From positions 1 through 62,667 of IMG/VR virus record IMGVR_UViG_3300012942_000003: DNA of 62,667 nucleotides. One strand, written 5' to 3'. The notes beneath the pieces are model-generated. The model was not told the origin of the DNA and did no database searches. It saw only the letters and a program-made list of their open reading frames with translations. This document shows, piece by piece, positions 55,423 to 62,667 of this stretch; positions within the stretch are counted from its first letter, which is position 1, and each line of letters starts with the position of its first letter. Source of the stretch: a virus (Duplodnaviria > Caudoviricetes). The translations under genes were made by a program, and so were the position numbers.

Positions 55423-56858
55423 TGGCACCCACTAGACAGATGCTGGGTCCCACTCTCGACGAGAATGCCAGAGTGTTCCGGAAGGACGCTTACTTCCTCC
55501 AGACTGGGTACAGCCCTCACGACGGACAGAAGCTCGTGCACTACGACTCGACTCGCCATCGCATCCTTCGGTGTGGACGACGATGGGGCAAGACTCTGAC
55601 GGGGGGCAAGGAGTCAGAGACTCTGGCGTTCGTCAAGAACTACCTGGGCATGCCGATGCAGGGATGGATCATCGGCCCCGAGTACTCCGACGCCGAGAAG
55701 GAGTTCCGGGTCATCTACAACACCTTCAAGGACCTCGGCATCGACAAGGTGAGTTCCAAGTTCCTGAACAACACTGAGTCCGGGAACATGCACATCAAGA
55801 CCTCGTGGGGCTTCGATATTCAGTGTCGATCCGCTCACCACCCCGACAGCCTGGTCGGTGAGGGTCTTGACTTCGTTCTGCTAGTCGAGGCGGGTCGTCA
55901 CCACCGTCGAGTCTTCACTGAGTATGTGCGACCCGCTCTCTCTGACAAGCGTGGTCGGTCCTTCATCTCCGGAGTTCCCGAGCTGGCCACCGAGACTTCC
56001 CTTCTCTACTGGGCGTCCGAACGTGGTGACGACATCACGAAGTCTCAGTGGAAGACGTTCAAGATGCCCTCGTGGACCAACAACATCGTCTTCCCGGGAG
56101 GTCGAGAAGACCCCGAGATCTTGGAAGCTGAGGACGATCTCACCGAGGATGAGTTTGCTCGTCAGTACGGTGCAGAGTTCGTGGAGCGAATCGGTCGAGT
56201 GATGTCTCAGTGGGATGACTCAGTTCATCTCGTCGATGGACTCGACTACAACCCCGCACTGCCCCTCTATGCCGCAGTGGACTACGGTTATACGAACGAC
56301 TGGGTCTGGCTCTGGATTCAGGTGGATGTCTTCAACAACGTCTACGTGCTCGGAGAGCAGAGGTGGCAGATGCTGTCCACCGACGAGGTGGCTGACGACA
56401 TGATGGCCCGGCGCCAGGCCAACGAAGGTCTCTGGCCCCTTCTGGAGAAGGTCGTGACTATCTACTGCCCTCCCGCCGAGCCCTCCGACACGAGCATTCT
56501 CCGACGCAAACTTGGCCGACCCGTCGCCACCAACACTGGAGGCGAGGTCAACGACCGAGACCGAATGACCAACAGTCTGCTGAAGCAGCGTCCACACCAT
56601 CTGCCTGCGGGTCACCCGGAGAAGAAGCCCCAGATGACCTTCAACAAGCTTCGCTGCGTCAAGCTGGCTTGGGAGATGAGAACGGGCTATCGCTGGCCCG
56701 AGAAGCGCAATGAGACCAAGAACGCCAGCGAGAACCCGATGGATAAAGATAACCACGGCCCGGAGGCGCTCGGTCGCTTCGTGAAGGGTCACATGGAGAA
56801 GACCATGCCCGAGAAGCGACGCTCAGGCAGACAGAGCAGAATCTCTCGGAGGAGATGA
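55422..56858 (+). CDS. terL: Terminase large subunit
   Basis: CGRRWGKT Walker A, GEGLDFVLLVEA Walker B variant, DYG nuclease motif, DNHGPEAL. Confidence 0.93.
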   Translation: MAPTRQMLGPTLDENARVFRKDAYFLQTGYSPHDGQKLVHYDSTRHRILRCGRRWGKTLTGGKESETLAFVKNYLGMPMQGWIIGPEYSDAEKEFRVIYNTFKDLGIDKVSSKFLNNTESGNMHIKTSWGFDIQCRSAHHPDSLVGEGLDFVLLVEAGRHHRRVFTEYVRPALSDKRGRSFISGVPELATETSLLYWASERGDDITKSQWKTFKMPSWTNNIVFPGGREDPEILEAEDDLTEDEFARQYGAEFVERIGRVMSQWDDSVHLVDGLDYNPALPLYAAVDYGYTNDWVWLWIQVDVFNNVYVLGEQRWQMLSTDEVADDMMARRQANEGLWPLLEKVVTIYCPPAEPSDTSILRRKLGRPVATNTGGEVNDRDRMTNSLLKQRPHHLPAGHPEKKPQMTFNKLRCVKLAWEMRTGYRWPEKRNETKNASENPMDKDNHGPEALGRFVKGHMEKTMPEKRRSGRQSRISRRR

Positions 56859-58447
56859 CCATGACCGACAAGTTCACTCCCTGGTCCACCCTGGCCCAGA
56901 TGCGAGGCTCCAATCCCGAGGGCTGGCCCGAGGATGAGGGTGAGCGGATCGCCTCGTACGACGCGTACGACAAGATCTACTGGAACGATCCGACCCAGTA
57001 CGCGATCCGCATTCTCGAGGACGAGCAGCCTCTGTACGTCCCCAACGGCCGCATCGTCGTGGACACCACGGCTCACTACTTGATGAAGGGTCTCACGGTC
57101 AACTCGCCTTCCAAGGACCCCAAGGAGTCGGAGCAGCAGTTCCTGATGTCGTTCCTCAAGCGAGAGCGGTTCTATTCCCGGTTCTCCATCGGCAAGAAGA
57201 CGGGCATCACTCGAGGGGACTGGGCATTCCACGTGACCGCCGACCCTCTCAAGGCCCCCGGCAGCCGGGTCTCGCTCACCCTGCTCCACCCCGGCAAGGT
57301 GTGGAAGGAGTCTGACCCTGACGACTCCAGCAAGATCGTCCGGATCCACATCGGTGAGCTCTGGGAGGACCCCGAGGGCCAGGATGGTCAGCAGTACATG
57401 AAGGTGCTGACCTACGAGAAGGTCATGGTCGATGGGAAGCGACGGATCGCTCGAGAGGAGTCGGCCTGGGAGCTTACTCCCGACTGGTGGGGTGACAGGG
57501 GGGTCAAGTACAAGACCTTCCTCCAGGAGGAGCTCCTGCCGGAGGAGATCGACCAGTTCCCCGTCTACTGGTACAACAACATTGAGTGGGAGGATCAGCT
57601 CTACGGCAGTTCTGAGCTTCGAGGTCTCGAGTTCCTCGCCTGGGCCGCCTCCCAGGGAGCCACCGATGTTCAGATGGCTCTGGCGCTGGATGGGCTGGGA
57701 GTCTATGCCACCGACGGCGGACGTCCGGTGGACGATGACGACGTCGAGAGCGACTGGGAAGTGGCTCCCGGCAAGGTGATGGAGGTCCCCTCGGGGTCTT
57801 ACTTCCGTCGAGTCGAGGGACTGGGCAGCATCACTCCCGCTTTGGAGCAGATCAACTACATCGAGAGCAAGATGTTTCGAACCGCGAGCATCACCGATGT
57901 GGCTCTCGGTAACGTCGATGTCCAGGTGGCCCAGAGTGGCATCGCGCTCGCTATCCGGTTCGCCCCGACTCTAGCCAAGATCGCCGACCGCGACACGGCG
58001 GGTGTGGAGATCACCCAGCAACTCTTCTTCGATCTTCGCAAGTGGTTCCAGGCCTACGAGGGTCGAGTTGTGCAGGTCGAGTACGACGTCTCCATCGACG
58101 TCCAGAAGCTTCCTCCCGACCGAACCGCCATCCTGAACGAGCTGAACAACATGCTCGACCGGAAGGCCATCTCCCTGAAGTTCTACCGAGAGAAGATGGT
58201 GGAGCTCGGTTACAGCATCCCCGAGGACGTCGATCAGCAGCTTCTGAAGGAAGCTGAGGCGATGGCCAAGATCAACCAGACTCTCAATCCGGTCAATGCC
58301 GGAATGAGCGAGCCCGACGATGGGACTCAGTCCGACTCATCGACCCTTGACGAAGCGGGCAATCGAAGTAACAATCGTAATCGTCCCAACGAGAGCAGTG
58401 GAACTGAAGCTGGTCAGTCGTTGGAACGCCAAGCCAAAGCTCAGTGA
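56855..58447 (+). CDS. Portal protein
   Basis: Follows terminase; 530 aa; YGSSEL and SGIAL motifs. Confidence 0.88.
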   Translation: MTMTDKFTPWSTLAQMRGSNPEGWPEDEGERIASYDAYDKIYWNDPTQYAIRILEDEQPLYVPNGRIVVDTTAHYLMKGLTVNSPSKDPKESEQQFLMSFLKRERFYSRFSIGKKTGITRGDWAFHVTADPLKAPGSRVSLTLLHPGKVWKESDPDDSSKIVRIHIGELWEDPEGQDGQQYMKVLTYEKVMVDGKRRIAREESAWELTPDWWGDRGVKYKTFLQEELLPEEIDQFPVYWYNNIEWEDQLYGSSELRGLEFLAWAASQGATDVQMALALDGLGVYATDGGRPVDDDDVESDWEVAPGKVMEVPSGSYFRRVEGLGSITPALEQINYIESKMFRTASITDVALGNVDVQVAQSGIALAIRFAPTLAKIADRDTAGVEITQQLFFDLRKWFQAYEGRVVQVEYDVSIDVQKLPPDRTAILNELNNMLDRKAISLKFYREKMVELGYSIPEDVDQQLLKEAEAMAKINQTLNPVNAGMSEPDDGTQSDSSTLDEAGNRSNNRNRPNESSGTEAGQSLERQAKAQ

Positions 58448-58491
58448 GAAGCTGAGCTCTGATGCGAGAAGCATCAGAAGAGAGGATCGAC

Positions 58492-59181
58492 ATGGAAACC
58501 GAACTGCCGTACTGGCTGCCCCTCATCATCCAGGGTCACGACCCGGAGGAGGAGGGGGAGGAGGAAGGCGAAGAGGGCGCTGAGGACGAGGAAGACCTCG
58601 ACGACGAGGAGGATGACTCCGAGGAGGAAGAGGACACCGAAGCCGAGGCACTTCGCAAGGCGCTGCGCAACGAGCGGAAGAAGCACCGAGAGACCCGCAA
58701 GGCTCAGAAGGCTGCCGAACGCGAAGCTCGCCTCGCCAAGACCCAGGCTGAGAAGGCCAAGGGTGCCCAGAACGTGGAGGAGCTCAACAAGAAGCTCGCG
58801 GACAGTGAGTCCAAGACTCAGAAGCTGGCCGAGGGTCTTCTGAAGACCTCCCTCCACACCGCCATTCTCAACGAGGCTCGCAAGCAGAACTTCATCGACC
58901 CGACCGATGCTCTGATCGACGATGTGCTGAAGGCCATCGACTACGACCAGGACGACGAGGACCCGTCCGACATCGACATCGACGACGACACCGTCGCCGA
59001 GGCCGTGAAGGCGCTGGCCGAGAAGAAGAAGCACCTCGTGAGCTCCAAGTCCGACGATGACGAGGAGGAAGAGGAGGACACTCGTCCTCCCGCCAGCGGC
59101 AGCAAGTTCGGTGGAAAGCGGCAGAAGGGGAAGGCGGCGACTGAGCAGCGACTCAAGTCCAACTACCCCTCGCTCGCCTGA
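58492..59181 (+). CDS. Capsid scaffolding protein
   Basis: Acidic N-terminus, LRKAL.NER coiled coil, FIDP.DA. Confidence 0.82.
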   Translation: METELPYWLPLIIQGHDPEEEGEEEGEEGAEDEEDLDDEEDDSEEEEDTEAEALRKALRNERKKHRETRKAQKAAEREARLAKTQAEKAKGAQNVEELNKKLADSESKTQKLAEGLLKTSLHTAILNEARKQNFIDPTDALIDDVLKAIDYDQDDEDPSDIDIDDDTVAEAVKALAEKKKHLVSSKSDDDEEEEEDTRPPASGSKFGGKRQKGKAATEQRLKSNYPSLA

Positions 59182-59229
59182 TCCTCGACTCCTGAAGCAA
59201 GTCCGAAACCAAGAGAAAGGGTGCCGACC

Positions 59230-59703
59230 ATGGCACGGTACGACCAGGTGGAGCCCCACGTGGGTATCCTCCGGGCGATTCTCGCAGCAGACCTCACTCC
59301 TGAGGACGACGGGACCTACGGTCCGACTGCGGTCTCGCTCGACACCAACGGTCGAGTGGTTGAGGGCACGGCGGGCCAGTCTGGCTTCGTCGGGGTCCTC
59401 GTGAAGAACCTCCCGACCCTTCCCGCTGGGCTCGCCAGCACGGGTGCTTACGTCAACAACTGGATGGGCCTCAAGGCTGGCCAGGCCGTCGACGTCATGC
59501 AGCTGGGCGAGATCCTGGACGTCGACGGCCTCGACGCCGGGACCCAGTACTACGCTGCCCCCGATGGCAGCCTGACCGACGACCCCGACGGGGGCGCCAA
59601 CCCGAAGGTGGGCTTCACGGTCGAGGCGACTCGACTCGTCATCCAGCCGGGTGTGGGCCTCAGTGCCTGGGTCTCCGACGCCGTCGCCACCAGCGGCTCC
59701 TGA
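59230..59703 (+). CDS. Capsid decoration/cement protein
   Basis: ARYD, GEI, G..YYA..DG and VGFTVEA.RL; between scaffold and capsid genes. Confidence 0.7.
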   Translation: MARYDQVEPHVGILRAILAADLTPEDDGTYGPTAVSLDTNGRVVEGTAGQSGFVGVLVKNLPTLPAGLASTGAYVNNWMGLKAGQAVDVMQLGEILDVDGLDAGTQYYAAPDGSLTDDPDGGANPKVGFTVEATRLVIQPGVGLSAWVSDAVATSGS

Positions 59704-59716
59704 GAGGAACACGAAC

Positions 59717-60892
59717 ATGAACATCTCTCTCTCGCGTCAGCCCACCGGGCTCGACATCGCGCACTCGCTGCCGGCGGTCATCTCCGGTCAGGAGCCCAAG
59801 GGCTTCAACGAGCGGGCCGACGTCATCTACGCGGCCAAGGACGGCACCAACCTCAACGACTACTGGGCCGAGGCCCAGGAGGTCGTCGCCATGCGGAACG
59901 CGCAGCGGAACCGCCTGATCGACCTGCTGACGTACAAGGTCACCGACCTGGCCGAGGAGGTCGCTCTTCCGGGGGCGGCGGACTTCGAGCTGGCCTCGGA
60001 GTACGGCCTCGCCAAGGGCATTCGTGCCGGCGTCAGCATGATCTGGCGCGGGTACGACTTCGCCTTCTACGACCTGGCTCTCCGGTACACGTGGATGTTC
60101 ATCGCCGAGGCTGACGCTCGTCAGCTCAAGGCGCTGACCAACACGGCGCTGGAGGCGGACAACCGCCTGGTCTTCGGTCGCATCATGCGGACTCTCTTCA
60201 ACCCGCTGAACGGCTCTGGCATCACGGATCGCAACATCCCCGTGACCCAGTACAAGTTCTACAACGCGGATGGCGAGGTTCCGCCGCCCAACGGCACGAC
60301 GACCTTCTCCGGCAGTCACACGCACTACCGCACGACCCAGTCGCTCGGCTCCTCGGCCACGCTCAACACGGCCACCATCGAGGCGGTCAACTCCGACTTC
60401 AACAGCCACGGCTACACCTACGAGAAGGGTTACCGGAAGATTCTTCTGGTGTCCGAGGCGGAGGCGGCGGTCATCCGCACGTGGCGGGTCGCGACGGGAG
60501 CTCCGTGGGACTTCATCCCGGACAGCTACGCCGGCGGTGTCTACCTGCCGACGGATCAGCGCCTGGTGGGTCAGCCGCAGGGTCGCATCCAGGACCAGAT
60601 CGGCACCTACGGCCCCTGGCACGTGGTCCAGCTGGAGAACATCCCGACGGGGTACGTCGCGGCTCTGGTCTCGGGTGGTCCCGACAACATCGGCAACCCC
60701 ATCGGCTGGCGCGAGCACCAGAACCCGGCCTTCCGGGGTCTCAAGCTCATCCCGGGCGACCGGGCGGGCTACCCGCTGATCGAGTCGTACTACCAGCGCG
60801 GCATCGGCACCGGCATCCGTCACCGAGGCGCCGGCTTCATCATCCAGGTGTCGGGCTCCGGCTCGTACACGGTCCCGGCGATCTACGCCTGA
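59717..60892 (+). CDS. Major capsid protein
   Basis: 391 aa, optimal codon usage, position after scaffold, FELASEYG. Confidence 0.85.
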   Translation: MNISLSRQPTGLDIAHSLPAVISGQEPKGFNERADVIYAAKDGTNLNDYWAEAQEVVAMRNAQRNRLIDLLTYKVTDLAEEVALPGAADFELASEYGLAKGIRAGVSMIWRGYDFAFYDLALRYTWMFIAEADARQLKALTNTALEADNRLVFGRIMRTLFNPLNGSGITDRNIPVTQYKFYNADGEVPPPNGTTTFSGSHTHYRTTQSLGSSATLNTATIEAVNSDFNSHGYTYEKGYRKILLVSEAEAAVIRTWRVATGAPWDFIPDSYAGGVYLPTDQRLVGQPQGRIQDQIGTYGPWHVVQLENIPTGYVAALVSGGPDNIGNPIGWREHQNPAFRGLKLIPGDRAGYPLIESYYQRGIGTGIRHRGAGFIIQVSGSGSYTVPAIYA

Positions 60893-60930
60893 TCTGATCC
60901 CGGGATTCCACACCCAGAAAGGAGGTTGTC

Positions 60931-61275
60931 ATGGCTGAGGTTGATGACATCGTCTACTACCTGATGCCCGACGGCACCAAGGTCTCGAACGACCCCCGTT
61001 TCCTGGCCGCTCAGGCCCAGGGCCTGTTCGACGAGCAGGAGGACGAGCTGATCGGCTACGCCGCCCAGTCCGTCGCCGAGCTCAAGAACGAGGTCAAGGA
61101 GCGGAACTCGGGTCGCGAGAACGACGACAAGATCTCGCTCCGGGGCATCAAGACCAAGAGCGAGCTCATCGCCCTTCTCGAGGACGACGACGAGAAGCAC
61201 GCCGGCTCGGACGAGACGACCGAGGAGGACTCCGAGGAGGAGACCGCCGAGGACGACTCCGACGAGGACGACTGA
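60931..61275 (+). CDS. Hypothetical protein with HeH/Rho-N-like motif
   Basis: SVAELK.E...R...KSELIALL; acidic tail. Confidence 0.68.
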   Translation: MAEVDDIVYYLMPDGTKVSNDPRFLAAQAQGLFDEQEDELIGYAAQSVAELKNEVKERNSGRENDDKISLRGIKTKSELIALLEDDDEKHAGSDETTEEDSEEETAEDDSDEDD

Positions 61276-61288
61276 GGGGTGAACTTCG

Positions 61289-61636
61289 GTGCCGATTCTT
61301 GATCCGGACGAGAGGCTGAGGCAGCAACTCGGGGAGATGATCCCCGGTGGCGGCTCCGACGCTGACACTCTCTTCTCTGACGACGAGATCGACGATCTCC
61401 TCGAGCAGTACCCGGACATGGATCTGGCCGTCTACGAGGGCTGGAAGATCAAGGCCGCCAAGCTCTCCAACCTCGTAGACACCACCGAGGGGAACTCTCA
61501 GCGCAAGTTCTCCCAACTCCTGACCAACGCGACCACGATGCTCAAGACTCTCTCCAAGGGTCCCGGCAGCGAGGATCTCGGGGGTCGTTCTCGAGTGGGG
61601 AAGATCAAGCGTCCGCCAGTACCGTGGGGTCGATGA
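61289..61636 (+). CDS. Head-to-tail adaptor
   Basis: LR..LGE...FSD.EI..LL...W..KAA. Confidence 0.72.
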   Translation: MPILDPDERLRQQLGEMIPGGGSDADTLFSDDEIDDLLEQYPDMDLAVYEGWKIKAAKLSNLVDTTEGNSQRKFSQLLTNATTMLKTLSKGPGSEDLGGRSRVGKIKRPPVPWGR

Positions 61637-62028
61637 TGGTCATCTCAGGTCCCGAGCTGGTGATGAGTCGCCGTCAGATCAGCGCCATGATCGACGCCGA
61701 CCCTATCCAGATCTCACTCACCCGCAAGGTCAGGGTCACGACCCCCGCGGGTGGGTGGACCTGGGGGGCTCCCATCACGCTGGCTCCCCAGAAGTGCCGT
61801 CTGATCCCCTTCAGCCGACGCCAGACGGAGTTTCTGCTCAACACCGAGGCCGGGTTCATCCCCGAGCTTCCTTACATCCTTCTTGGGTTTCACACGATGG
61901 ACATCCAGCGAGACGACACCTTCACCTGGAACGGTGACAAGTTCCAGGTGGTCACGATGGACATCGGAGAACCCGAGGTCAAGAGTCTTTACCAGGTGGA
62001 TTACTGGGGAGGTGAGAACAATGACTAG
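61633..62028 (+). CDS. Head-to-tail stopper
   Basis: Position; GGW...DIQRDDTF.W.G..F.V. Confidence 0.68.
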   Translation: MMVISGPELVMSRRQISAMIDADPIQISLTRKVRVTTPAGGWTWGAPITLAPQKCRLIPFSRRQTEFLLNTEAGFIPELPYILLGFHTMDIQRDDTFTWNGDKFQVVTMDIGEPEVKSLYQVDYWGGENND

Positions 62029-62401
62029 AGACTTCGGGTTCACCATCGAGGAGGACAGCATCGGTCCTCACCTTCAGTATCTCGTTCTCCACGGGCGTCG
62101 CAACGTGACCTCCTATCTTCGTCGACAGGCGGTGGCGGTGGAGGTCTACATGAAGGCCAACGCTCCCTGGGAGGACCGAACGGGTCAGGCCCGGGCCACC
62201 GTCGGCACCGACGTCTACGACGACGATGGCGAGATCGTGATGGAGCTGCACCACGGAGTCTCCTACGGTCAGTGGCTGGAGCTCATCCAGGGGGGTCGGT
62301 TCGCCATCATCGGACCCACTCTCGAGGCTCTCGGTGACCGCATCGCCAAGGGCGCGCTTCAGGGCATGCTCCGAGGCACCGAGTACGGAGGAATCCTCTG
62401 A
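62021..62401 (+). CDS. Neck protein (HK97 gp10-like)
   Basis: NAPW.DRTG.AR, HGV.YG.WLE and AII.PT motifs. Confidence 0.78.
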   Translation: MTRDFGFTIEEDSIGPHLQYLVLHGRRNVTSYLRRQAVAVEVYMKANAPWEDRTGQARATVGTDVYDDDGEIVMELHHGVSYGQWLELIQGGRFAIIGPTLEALGDRIAKGALQGMLRGTEYGGIL

Positions 62402-62667
62402 TGCTTCTGCGTCAGTTCATCTACCAGCGCATGACGGGGTCGGATGACCTCAAGACCTGGCTTGGTGTGGGAGAGGAGGAGAGTATCTCGGACCGCATCA
62501 TGCCGAGGGCCTCCCAGACGACCATCACCGGGCCTCGCCCCTTCATCATCTATGGACTCGGCAACATCACCAACGAGTTCCAGAGCGAGGATGGTGTTCG
62601 TGCCTATCGACAGTTCCTCCAGATCTGGCTGCACGACGAGGGGGGTGATTACTCTCGGATCGACAAC
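62401..62667 (+). CDS. 5' part of putative tail terminator (continues at window start)
   Basis: TGATG coupling; frame continuous through the terminal overlap. Confidence 0.7.
   Translation, partial: MLLRQFIYQRMTGSDDLKTWLGVGEEESISDRIMPRASQTTITGPRPFIIYGLGNITNEFQSEDGVRAYRQFLQIWLHDEGGDYSRIDN
62545..62667. repeat. Terminal direct overlap (copy 2)
   Basis: Identical to 1-123. Confidence 0.97.

Overview
This window is an apparently complete, circularly assembled genome (about 62.5 kb; bases 1-123 are identical to 62545-62667) of a high-GC tailed phage, most likely a lytic actinobacterial siphovirus. I found no integrase, tRNA or CRISPR array. The gene order round the circle is: accessory adsorption genes (48.8-52.5 kb), packaging and head genes (52.9-62.4 kb), tail and lysis genes (62.4 kb wrapping to 11.8 kb), nucleotide metabolism and replication genes (11.9-26.5 kb and 32.7-37 kb), a leftward block of small genes (26.8-32.1 kb), and a repeat-rich early region of small genes (38.3-48.6 kb). 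The most notable signals are: (1) a probable pyrimidine-modification pathway with two adjacent ThyA-fold genes carrying Asp at the dCMP/dUMP specificity position, plus a dNMP kinase, a MazG-like pyrophosphatase, dCMP deaminase, a separate ThyX, a UDG-fused PolA and a free UDG-like gene; (2) four dispersed paralogous small HTH proteins, two of them with CGAWTCG boxes at their promoters; (3) a JAB peptidase and a DUF6527-like gene between the terminase subunits; (4) promoter-driven structured small-RNA candidates; (5) a +1 UUU_CGU frameshift in the tail chaperone and an apparent ACG start codon; (6) several families of dispersed intergenic repeats. All family assignments come from reading motifs by eye, with no database searches.
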